DNA of 58,991 bases, counting the filler, from Circinaria calcarea (Eukaryota), in assembly GCA_051942165.1 (NCBI GenBank). It is 10 parts of 10 records of this genome, joined end to end, with 100 filler letters (N's around TTAATTAATTAA, not from the genome) between each part and the next. Parts side by side here need not be neighbours in the genome. Positions count along the whole stretch, not along the records: positions 47,289 to 53,090 come from JAVECS010001779.1; positions 53,191 to 58,991 come from JAVECS010001780.1; 8 more parts are not named here. The stretch is one strand, 5' to 3'. Made by a program: the position numbers and the translations under genes. Numbering within the stretch: position 1 is the stretch's first letter; each line of letters begins with the position of its first letter. The notes beneath the pieces were generated by a model. It saw only the letters and a list, made by a program, of their open reading frames with translations. It did not search any database and was not told where the DNA came from. Of the stretch, positions 47,989 to 58,991 are shown in pieces.

Positions 47989-49994
47989 CTACGCTCCCTC
48001 ATCCGTACCTGCTGCATCCCCATGGCCATCCCCCCTCTGCCCTCTCTTCCATTCCTTCCACCCCGGAGCATCCAGTCCCTCATCCTCAAACTCCTCATCG
48101 CTCACCACCTTCACAATCTTCACCTTCCACTTGCCCACGCGCAAGACCAGTAGATTCTCATCCACGATAAACCGTTCCGTCATTTCCGGCTTCCAGTTCA
48201 CAATAGGGCTAAAATCGAGTGCGTTACCCATGCCGCCCTTTTGGCCGGGTTTACTTCCAATGTAAGCTCCCCTTTGAGAAGCTAGACGGTGGCCTTCACT
48301 TCGGGATGAAACCAGGCCGGCCGAGTAGAGAACTCGCGCGATGGGCTGGTTGTAGATGAGGGATTTGGGAAGAGTCACGTTGGAAGGTGGGGCGTTGGTG
48401 GAGGTGGTGGCTGGGGCGTTGGGGTTTAGTGAGGAGCTGATGTCAGGATTTGTATTAGGATTGGTGTCGTCGGGGACTGGAGGTTTAGGAACAGTGGCTG
48501 AGCGGAAGAGCATGCCGTGTTGGGATTCGACTGCGTTTGCTTCGGGTACGCCGTGGATGAGTTCGATTATTTCGCGGGCAAGTTTGCGCTGTGCTATACG
48601 TTTGGACGGTTGCTGCTCATGCTGGTTGATAATCTTGTCGATTTCAGGCAGGGGGATGAAGGTAAAGAGCCGTAGATACCGTCCAACATCTGCGTCGGCG
48701 GATCGTAAGAAGAACTAGAAGTGCCCTTGGTCAGCCATGTACTTTGCTGGGCATGGAACAGGACGACTTACTTGGTAAAGATCAAAAGTACTTGTCAGCT
48801 CCTTGTCCAGCCACACCGCGTTCCCTGCACTTTTACCAAACTTCTCACCAGATGCCGTAGTCAGCAGAGGAACCGTGAACCCCATCGGTTTCATCAACGG
48901 ATCTTCCTTCTTTTGCCGCAACTCAGGGTCGTAGTGGGTTTTGGCAATGTGCTTGATAGCGTCCATTCCAGCGATAATATTACCGAACTGGTCAGAGCCG
49001 CCGATTTGCAGCTGAATTCCTTTCGTTGAATACATGTGCCACCAATCATACGCCTGCAGCAGTGGATAGGTAAACTCTGCAAAAGACATGCCATCGCCTT
49101 TCTCGATCTTATTTCGTGCGCTACCGAACAGTCAAGTTAGAAAGAAAGTCAGACTGGCGAAGATGAGAAGGACTCACTCACGTGTCCCGACCCAGCATCG
49201 TCCCAATCCTAGTCCCATGCCCAAGAAGTCTTAGAACCTCAATAATGGGAAGCTTATTCATCCAAACATTGTTGTTTACCAACTCCCTACGCCAAGCCCA
49301 TTCCCAGACATAGCCGTATTTCTTGTGAGCATGGGATTCCACGTTTGCCCAAAGCATTTTCATCTGATAGTGCATTTTGACCATGTTGGCTTTCCTAGTA
49401 TCCGGCGGTGGCAATTCTCGGGATGTAGTCCTCCCCGTAGGATCTCCAACCTGAGCAGTGGCTCCGCCGAGCTAAACATATCAGCATCACTGCTAGTACC
49501 ATAGCTTTCGGGTCCAAGAGCCTACCAAAGAAACAGTATGATAACCGTGAATGTATAACCAGAAAAGGGCCATCAATGGTAGCAGATGTCCAATATGTAG
49601 GGAGGGCGCCGTAGGATCGACCCCTACATACGCGCCCACCCTCTTGTTTGTCATTAACCCATCAAGCTCATCGCGCTCTCTGTGTTGCGTTAGACTCTGT
49701 TTCTATTATCTAAGGAGCATATCTCTGATGGTACCCTGCAATAGCATTGACGTAGCCTCTTTGTTCGAGGATACTCAGCATACCCGTCTTCCTGCCCTCT
49801 TTTATCTCCTTCGCTTGGATGTTCCATTGCTCGGCGGCTTCTGCTGTCTTCCTGTGCCAGTTTTGAGAGACAGACCTCCGCTGCCCCAGTATAGTACGTG
49901 CCAATCGTCTTTTCTGCTGAATTTGGCGACAAGAGGAACATGTGTATAGGGGCCGCAATGAAGAAATCTTAATAGCGTAGGCGGCCTTGTTCAT
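47989..49994 (-). CDS. MSY1: Mitochondrial tyrosyl-tRNA synthetase, multi-exon
   Basis: Arg/Ser-rich presequence, YVGVDPTAPSLHIGH (HIGH), GGATAQVGDPTGR, MSFAEFTYPLLQAYD, QIGGSDQFGNI, GEKFGKSAGNAVWL (KMSKS-type), and a C-terminal S4-like domain (LVSSRSEGHRL..GAYIG, LRVGKW). Confidence 0.95.
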
Positions 49995-50284
49995 TTCACA
50001 GTTAGAGATTATTTGATACGTTCAGACAAACCTCGTCGCGAATTTTGATCGCCTCAGCGCGAACCCTGGCGGACCCTGGCTTTACCATATCGGACATTCT
50101 AAACTCCGGATAAGCTCCCCAACCTTGTCCCTATTGGTGGGCAAGCTGCTAACATAAACACGACGAGACAATGGTGACTACCGATTTATACGGGCAGCCG
50201 TTCCAGTTGAAGTTTGTTAGAGCAGGTAAGCAGCTCAGGTAGTCAAGCTGACACAATCACTGATAATAAGAGTACCCAGCCCAA

Positions 50285-53066
50285 ATGATTCTGTTCTCGA
50301 ATGTCGTCTGCGACCCTCCTCTAGGGCAGACCACGGTCATACCCCATCATCAGCATGTAGTATGTCCAATCGCAATAATCTGTCCAATGTGACCAATGAG
50401 TAACGAATATTTTCAAGGCCAAGTTCACGGTTCTGATCGAGTCCAGCAAGTCGTTCCCTGAACAAGGCTGGGAGGCGATATTATGGCACAATGGTCATGC
50501 CTCTCAAGAATGGGGCGAACTAAAATTGGAGGAAGTGAATTCGGTGACAGGTCCGGTAAAATCACCTCGTCGTCGCTTCTACTTGGCCTGATTGTATGTC
50601 TCAGCTTGCTATTAGCTCCAAGGGCCGGTCTAGAGTGTACCGACGGTACTTCACCGGGAATATCTCCAGGCATGCGGGAGCTCCGAAACCAGTGCAATTC
50701 ACTCTAAAGTACAAGACAGCTTCAAGTGACTCTTGGAAGTGGATGAACGAGCAGTCCTGTCTTACAGATGGAGAGCTCTACTTCCAATCCAGTACCTTTG
50801 CCGAACACTTGGACAGTTATTTTGAGGACTTCAGCTCTGATTTCGCAGTACATTCGGTCAACAGCGAAGTTCCAGAGACAGCTCTGTGGTCTTTGACGAA
50901 ACCTGTTGGGCGTGTGAAAAGCGACGATCGGTCTGTCGTTACTAACGATATCTTAGGGCTGCCGCGCGAGTTTTCTAGATGGTTTGCTCTTGTCCGGATC
51001 TGGACTCCTTGGCTGGCGCCTAGACATGGCAAATATCAATTTGCGCCTACAGAGGATGCCCTCCTATGTTCGTTCTTACGCCATGATGGGCTTCACCTGG
51101 TTTTACTGGCAGTCAGTGGTATCGAAGATGTACTGACGGTATTCAAACATGACGGAAGCGGCCGTATTATCGTGTCTTCAAGAAACGATAGCCACGATTC
51201 GGGTCAGGCAAGAGTCATTGCCGCCGTAGGAAAAACTTTCGAGACGGCTAATGCTGCGTGCATGTACCATGCACGAAAACTTGTCAGTGGAGATCAATAC
51301 TCGAGCGGAGACATGCAGACGGAGCTGAAGCTGGCTCCAGATGATAAGGAGAAGGCGCAGTGGATGGAAAATTGGTATGATGGCCTGACATATTGCACCT
51401 GGAATGGTCTCGGACAGGATCTGACGGAACAAAAAATATTCGATGCCTTGGATATTCTGGACGAGAATAATGTCAAAATCACTAATTTGATCATTGACGA
51501 TAATTGGCAGTCTCTGGATAACTACGGAGACTCACAGTTCAATCGTGGTATGACTGATTTCGATGCAAATAAAGGAGGCTTCCCTCGTGGATTAAGACAT
51601 GCTGTTACAACGATCAGAGACAAGCACCCAAACATCCAACATGTTGCCGTCTGGCATGCGATCCTAGGGTATTGGGGTGGTATATCACCCGAAGGTAGCA
51701 TTGCCAAGGAGTACAAGACTAAAGTGGTCCGCAAGCACGGCATTGCAAAAGGTACCATGACGGTTGTGGACGCGGATGATGCGCAGAGGATGTACAATGA
51801 TTTTTATAAGTTTCTTTTGAGTGCCGGGATTGACTCGGTGAAGACCGACGCTCAGTTCTTCCTGGACTTGTTAGAAGATGCCGAAGACCGCCGGCGCTTC
51901 ATCAAGGCATATCAAGATGCTTGGACGATCAGTAGTCTTCGATACTTTTCGATCAAAGCCATTTCATGCATGTCACAAACTCCTCAGATACTATTCCATA
52001 GCCAATTGCCCACCAACAAGCCTCGACTGATGGTCAGGAACTCTGATGACTTCTTCCCCGAGATCCCGACTTCCCATCCTTGGCATATATTTATGAACGC
52101 GCACAATTCCCTTTTCACGTGTCATCTAAATATTCTTCCTGATTGGGATATGTTCCAAACTTCCCACGAATACTCGTCTTTCCATGCTGCCGGTCGTTGT
52201 GTTTCCGGGGGACCCATATACTTTACCGATGAACCTGGGAAACATGACCTCAATCTAATCAAGGACATGACCGCACAGAGTCCCAAAGGGAAGACGGTCA
52301 TATTGCGACCAAGCACCATAGGACGAAGCCTGGGAGTGTATACGGCGTACGAGGAAGAAAGATTACTAAAGGTGTCAACATATCATGGCCGCAAAGGCAC
52401 AGGTACAGGCATCCTTGGTATCTTCAACGTAAGCCAAAGACCACTATCGGAATTTGTTGCTCTACACGAGTTCCCTGGGGTGGAGTCTGGTCAGCAATAC
52501 GTTGTACGCGCACATAGCACCGGTGAGATCTCCGGAGCGATGAAAGATGATGACCCGCACGCATTGGTGTCGTTGCAGGTAGAGGTCAAAGGCTGGGAGA
52601 TATTGTCAGCATTTCCTTTGCGCACATTCACCTTGCGAGGAAGTCGGGGCATCGAGAACGGGGCGACAAAGGTTGCCTGTCTAGGTCTGATAGGAAAGAT
52701 GACCGGCGCTGCAGCGATTACAAGTTCGGATGCTCATGTGGAGGAGAATGGCAGGCTACGAATGGCGGTCTCAGTGAAGGCGTTGGGCACGCTTGGTAAG
52801 TCAGCTTTGCCATTGATCTCTCATATCACGACCTGCTTTTTCGGCTGATATGGCGGGCAGGAATCTGGATATCGGATTTGCAAACTCGAACGGTCGAGGG
52901 GAATTTCTTAATTATGATCCTGGGCAGAGCGATCCCTTCTCGTGTGGTTAAGAAGTCGGAAGCCTCGGAGAACTTGCTTGAGATTGACATTGAGCAGGCG
53001 TGGAAGGAGATGGAGCTGGATAGCGGCTGGAGCAACGAGGTTACCGTGGAGGTTATTATCTCCTAA
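50285..53066 (+). CDS. GH36 Sip1/raffinose synthase-like alpha-galactosidase, multi-exon
   Basis: LTYCTWNGLG, LIIDDNWQ, VWHAILGYWGG, GIDSVKTDAQ (nucleophile KxD), ISCMS, RNSDDFFP, PDWDMFQT, HAAGRCVSGGPIYFTDEPG. Last intron ~52795-52860 joins exon ending 53066. Start ATG 50285 is tentative. Confidence 0.92.
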
Positions 53067-53090
53067 GCTATGCGGCCCTTGAAAAGCTTA

Positions 53091-53190
53091 NNNNNNNNNN
53101 NNNNNNNNNNNNNNNNNNNNNNNNNNNNNNNNNNTTAATTAATTAANNNNNNNNNNNNNNNNNNNNNNNNNNNNNNNNNNNNNNNNNNNN
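53091..53190. other. Artificial contig linker
   Basis: 44N-TTAATTAATTAA-44N. Confidence 0.99.
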
Positions 53191-54588
53191 TGCAATATTG
53201 GGAGGCTTATCGAGTCGGGCCTGGACAGAGGAGCGGGACGCATCACAACCGTAGGGAGCGGAAGGGGAATGGGAGGGAGTCGGACTTGATTATGTACCCT
53301 CTGCCCAATTGACCAGAGGTGCCTCCGACGAGTGTCCTAGAGACACATCGCGCTGCTAGCACAAGCAGCTGCTGCAGAGCCACGTCGTCGGCCTTGATAT
53401 GATCGGTTGCTTCCACTGGCACTCAAGATATGGGACGCTACAGTCCTGACTTGGTACGGTGCATTCCTGCTGATACTTCTTACAAAGGGGCCTACGAACG
53501 CCGTGCAGTTATCTGTGGTCCTTTCCTGGAGTGCTACATGACCAGTTATTCGGGGGCGCGTCTCTATGCACCAAATCTCCGATAGTTATACTCAAAAGAC
53601 AACGTATGCGAGTTCGTCACCAGAGAGAGGCTCTCAACAGGTCTAGTTACCTTTGCCTAACTTCCTCCAACATTGTGGCAGCGTGTCCTTCTCTGGGTTA
53701 CATGTATCGCTAATCCGCTGGGTGGAAGAGTACCACAGTCAAGCCTTTATTTCCAGGACCTCCAAGGAAGAGTATTTGCTGGGCGGACAAGGGCTCGGAC
53801 TTGAAAAAATAAGAACCGTGACTTCTTTCTCCCTTGGACATACAACTGGCGTGTGCGCACTTCTTACTGTTCTACTTCATCACCATAGCGTACGATAGAC
53901 GATCAGTTATGTTTTTCGTCTCCGGCGATTTCAAGGTTTGCACGGTTTGTGGCGGGGATCATGATGGGACTTGATTTGAACTTAGCGAAACTTTGGGAGC
54001 CGCAACTTGAAATCTACATACTCAGATGTATGCATCTTGCATATCTCTCCATCTCCTGTGAAGCTTGACCACGTCGTGGCGATGCGCCAGTCGCATGCAG
54101 CCTGCTAAAAGAGTGCACAAGCGTCTCCGTCTCCATCGTGTCCTCGGACTTCTACCTTCCCATTGCGCCTACCCTTAGGGAGACCGACTCTTCCAGAGCT
54201 CCATTGCTCATCATTTTCCCACCGTTCGCTCGGACTTATACACCGACTTCGGCTCCATGAACACCCTGCTGCCACTTGCCATCCTCCACGCCGCCCCCCC
54301 CACTCCGTCCGTGTGGCTCTCCATCCATAACTCAACCAAGCCAAGCTACATGACTGCGAGATTGAGCCTGCTCGTCCCCCTGTATCGGTGATCTAGTGTT
54401 TAGGTCCTATGAAAGTATTTTCCAGGCGGAAGGCAAACTGTTGTCGTTGTAACCGGCCCATCCTGTTTTTGAAGTACTTGCTTCAGCGCTATAATAAGCC
54501 TTCGGAGGGATCAATCCATCGCTAATTTGATGTTCCTCCGTAAATCACTTCACATACTCGCTTTCGACGCCACGACCACCCTCGCAAC

Positions 54589-57500
54589 ATGTCAGATGAA
54601 GAGCGGGGCCGGAGGCCCAAGGTTGTCGAGGAAAGGATAAAGGAGATGAAAATCAAAAGTGGAGATTCCTCTGAGGAGGAAGCATATGATACGATATGGG
54701 TAGCAGGCTTTGAAGATGAGTCGGTGGGCAGTAAGACCGCTACCAATTCGCCCATGGAACTGGACGTAAAATCAGCGACACAATCGCCAAAGAAGAGTCG
54801 GAGTGGTGTTCAGTCTCCACGTCCGGTGAAGGAGGAGCACGAAGAAGTTCTGGGTGGGGAAATCACCGTCAAGCAGGAGCCAGGTCAGCCTCCCAAACTT
54901 GCCCGAAGCTCGACGCTGAAGGTTGTTGCGCGAGCGGCACCGCTATTCCACGACTACGCCGACAAAACGGAGGAAGCAACAAGTGTTTTTCAAGTGATTA
55001 CAGAATGCAGCTACTCCAACAAGTTCCTGGGCTCTACGGAGCATGCCATGGACTGCGATTGCGCAGAAGAGTGGGGTAAGACTGACTGAGAGCCCTGATG
55101 CCAATATTTTCTGTGACCTTGATAGCTGAGGGCGTACTTTAGATGCCTCGACCAAGATCAACTATGCCTGCGGAGACGATTCCGACTGTATCAATCGCGC
55201 CACCAAGATGGAGTGTGCTGGCGACTGCGGGTGCGGCTCTGACTGTCAGAACCAGCGATTTCAACAACGACAGTATGCGAACGTGACCGTCATTAAGACC
55301 GAAAAGAAAGGTTACGGGCTACGTGCTGACACTGAATTACAACCCAATGATTTTATTTTTGAGTATATCGGCGAAGTCATCGGCGACAATCAATTTCGCC
55401 GCCGGATGCTCCAGTATGACGAAGAAGGAATCAAGCACTTCTACTTCATGTCCCTTAGCAAAGGAGAATTTGTCGATGCAACGAAGAAAGGGAATCTGGG
55501 TCGGTTTTGCAATCACTCGTGCAATCCAAATTGTTATGTGGACAAATGGGTGGTGGGTGACAAACTTCGCATGGGCATTTTTGCCGAGCGCAAAATCAAA
55601 GCCGGCGAAGAGTTGGTGTTCAACTACAACGTCGATCGCTATGGAGCTGACCCACAGCCTTGCTACTGCGGTGAACCCAACTGCACGGGCTTTATCGGCG
55701 GAAAGACTCAGACCGAACGCGCAACAAAACTGTCAAACACCACCATTGAAGCTCTCGGCATCGACGATGGAGATGGATGGGATACCGCCGTCGCGAAGAA
55801 ACCCCGCAAGAAGAAGGCAGGAGAGGATGATGAGGAATACGTCAACAATGTTCAGCCAAAGTCACTCGATGAAGACGGCGTTACCAAAGTTATGGCCACG
55901 CTCATGCAATGTAAGGAAAAGTGGATTGCGGTTAAATTACTCGGTCGGATTCAACAATGTCAGGATGAGCGTGTTATCAACCGGGTAGTGAAGATGCACG
56001 GTTATCAGATACTAAACTCGGCCTTGTCGACATGGAAGGACGACTTTAATGTTGTTCTACAGATCCTTGACATCCTCGACCACTTTCCACGCTTAACGAG
56101 GAACAAGATCAGCGACTCCAAAATCGAAACCACCGTTGCAGACTTGGACGGTTGTGGTGATGAACGGGTAGAAAGTCAGGCTGCGGCGCTATTGAAGGAG
56201 TGGAGTACCTTGGAAGTGGCTTACCGGATACCACGCAAGAAACGAGATCCAAATAGCACTGTCGCCTCGGACAAGCGAGATCGCCTAGAAAGACGGGAAT
56301 CCGGTCGCGAGGATAGAAAGCCACGCTCGAGATCCCGATCACGGTCACGGTCAAGGTCCAGATCTGACGATGTACCACGAGGCCCGGCAGCACCTACTGG
56401 TCCTCGAGGCAATCTACCCCAACGAGGCGCGGCCTTCTATACAGGAACCAGACCTGCTTTTCGTCCTCCTAGACCACCTTTCAACAATCTACCGCCAGGC
56501 TGGTTTACCGCAACCTCCAACGGCAGTACTTATTACTATAATACAAGCGGACAGACAACCTGGACAAGACCCACAATAGCTGCGGCGCAACCTCCCCCAC
56601 CTCCAAAGCCTACCTCAACCAACAAAGCCTTGGAGGATATTATCAACGAAATCACCAACGCGAAAGCAAAGACTCCTGATAAGGTCTCTGCTACGGCCAC
56701 TCCTCAGCCCACCGCCAATGAGGCCAAAAAGGACAAAAAAGAAGGCAAGGAGAAATGGCGGGCATATACCGAGGAAAAGCAAAAGAAGTTATATGAGAAC
56801 ACGGTATGCTTCACCACATGACCAAATATCCCATGCTGCTTACACTTCTTCTATAGCTCTTTCCTCATGTCAAATATGTCGTCGATAAGTACAAGACCAA
56901 GCTAGCCAGGGATGATCTCAAGCGGTTTGCGAAAGAGGTAATATTTTGGAAGCATGTCTTGGCCGCACGAATGCTAACGTTATGGAACGACAGGTGTCGA
57001 AGAAGCTTGTCAACTCAGACTTCAAGAACAATCGTGTTGAAGATCCTACCCGGATTTCTTCAAAGCAGGAGAAGAACGTCAAGAAATATGTAAAGGACTA
57101 CTTCGATAAGGCAGTTGCTAAAAAGCGAGAGCACGATAAAAGGAAGGCAGAACGAAAGGCAAAGCCTGGAGGGTCACGTGAATCACCTGCCGCTGTTGTG
57201 GAAACCCCGGTGAAGAAAGAGGATGAGAGCGACGGTGAGGAAGTCATGGTCATGTCAGAAGATGAGGATGTAAAAGACGAGGATGTCAAGGAAGGACCAA
57301 AGTCTATAACACCGATGACGCCAATGGATCAAACTATCAACGGCGACGGACTGAAGAGGAAGCGTGAAACAGACCATGGGCTGAATGGGGTTAAGATTGA
57401 AGACGAAGAGGCGACACCTAGCAAACGGCCGCGATCGCTCACACCACCTGCACCACCACCTCCTCCACCCCCGGCTGAAGGCATGCCTGAGGATGAATCA

Positions 57501-57836
57501 ACCATGTACGACTCTGGTGAATACAACGGCGAGACACCGCAGGACTCTCCCTATGTGATTTACAGCCAGGGGACAATCAACGGCGTCACAGCCATGGTTG
57601 AGGAACAAATGGGCGCGGTAGACCCACCGCCTCCGCCGCCTCCATTTCCGATAGAGAGTCCAGTAAACGAGATGTCATACGTTACCGATCATCGGCAAAC
57701 AAGCAAGATCATTGACAATTTCGAGTTTGTCAGAACACCTGATGGTCATGAGGAGATGTCTGATAAGCAAGATGACGATTTCGTAACTATACATCAAGAT
57801 CAACCAAGATACCTCGAAGCCCAAGGAGGCGCATGA
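54589..57836 (+). CDS. SET2: Histone H3K36 methyltransferase Set2 (AWS-SET-postSET, WW, SRI), three introns
   Basis: AWS ([29 protein letters not shown]), SET ([25 protein letters not shown]), post-[15 protein letters not shown] ([17 protein letters not shown]) and SRI ([19 protein letters not shown]). Confidence 0.97.
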
Positions 57837-58441
57837 TAGCCGTTTGGAAGTTCTGATATTTCTCCTTGGACAAGAAGATTCCGCGATAAGAAGATGCATG
57901 CTATCTAGGACGAAGCCAGGAGACTTTGAACTCGAGATGAAGCGTCACAAATGCAGTCGGTCTTATCCTATCGAAGGGATCGTAACCTGCAGATCACTCG
58001 TGCGGTTCCATCTCATGTGACCACGAGTTTCTCTATGCACTCACCTTTTTCGATGGAAAAGAAGCCAGTTCTGTGTGAACGTTCATGCAGCGGAGGCGGT
58101 CCTTTGAACATCAGCCTCTTCGTTCTCAGAGGAAACCAAATCCAACAGCGCATTGTCACTATTTAACCGAAACGTCTAATCTCAGCGTTCATATCTTACG
58201 CCATGATCTGCATCTACGTTCACCTCTTTTCACGGCGAATCTTTGGCATGGTGGATTTCATGTTCACCAAACAGCAATGGGGGCATCAGGCTCTAGATCA
58301 CAACCAGCTTCACAACCAGGGTCAGGTTCAGCGGACAGGGAGAGGACAAGGGGACCGGTTGAGGGGATTCAACAAACGGCATTGCACATACATAACATGC
58401 GTGTAGTCATGTATTTTTTCTATGCAATGTAAAACCCAAAG

Positions 58442-58473
<32 letters not shown>
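58442..58473. repeat. Hexanucleotide microsatellite (GGTCAA)5
   Basis: Read directly; lies in the low-complexity 3' flank of SET2. Confidence 0.9.
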
Positions 58474-58474
<1 letters not shown>

Positions 58475-58991
58475 TTTACCTGAACGGATACCAATACCAA
58501 AACAACACAAAAATAAAACATATTCCATGTTCCATGTTTCACGCATCCACATCCACATCCTCCCGTTATCTTAGCTTTTTTATTAAAAAAGAATCAAAAG
58601 GCTAAGGTAAACCACCTCCCACCCCCCCTCTCCTTTTTTGGGGGGGTAGAAGAAGAAACCCCAACGGAAAAAGGCCAAGAAGAGAAAAAAGAAAAGCAAA
58701 GGGAAAAAATGCAAAACGAATGTTTACTTACTTACGATTTGTGGGTTTTTTATTGAAAAATCCAAAATCCCAAAACAATCTGACATGCACAATGCACTCA
58801 ATAATCCAAGCTAGCTAGCTGGCTATGCTAGCCCGGGGGAACTTTAAAAAACGTGTGAAATCATGTAGGTTAGTTCCCGACTGATTCCCGACCGATTCCC
58901 GACCGATTCCCCTTTACCTTTACCTTTGCCTTTGTCTTCCCGTTTCCCCTGTCCCCCCTCCCCAATTTCCCAATAACAAATCCCCCCAATC

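Overview
Eukaryotic DNA from a filamentous ascomycete (Pezizomycotina-type genes, short GT-AG introns with CTAAC/CTGAC branch points, transition-riddled repeats typical of RIP). The window is not one locus. It is 10 contigs of 5828, 5824, 5815, 5805, 5805, 5805, 5804, 5802, 5802 and 5801 bp, sorted by decreasing length and joined by an artificial 100-nt linker (44 N + TTAATTAATTAA + 44 N), so neighbourhood arguments hold only inside a contig. Housekeeping genes include SPT16, a mitochondrial carrier, a Uds1-like coiled-coil protein, MPG1/PSA1, URC4, caleosin, a laccase, mitochondrial TyrRS, a GH36/Sip1 enzyme and SET2. Accessory or immunity-type genes are two spliced kinase-ankyrin genes, a ZZ-HET gene and an APH-like phosphotransferase. 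Decayed material includes a MULE-like MITE with TIRs and a 9-bp TSD, a solo LTR with a 5-bp TSD inside a sulfite-oxidase-family pseudogene, and further RIP-type relics. The best candidate for a new system is contig 1: an intact kinase-(Sel1-like)-ankyrin gene head-to-head with a putative HeLo-like domain + pseudokinase gene showing MLKL-like motif degeneration (HKN for HRD, GYD for DFG), a possible fungal RIPK/MLKL-like cell-death module. All domain calls are by-eye motif recognition; no searches were run.
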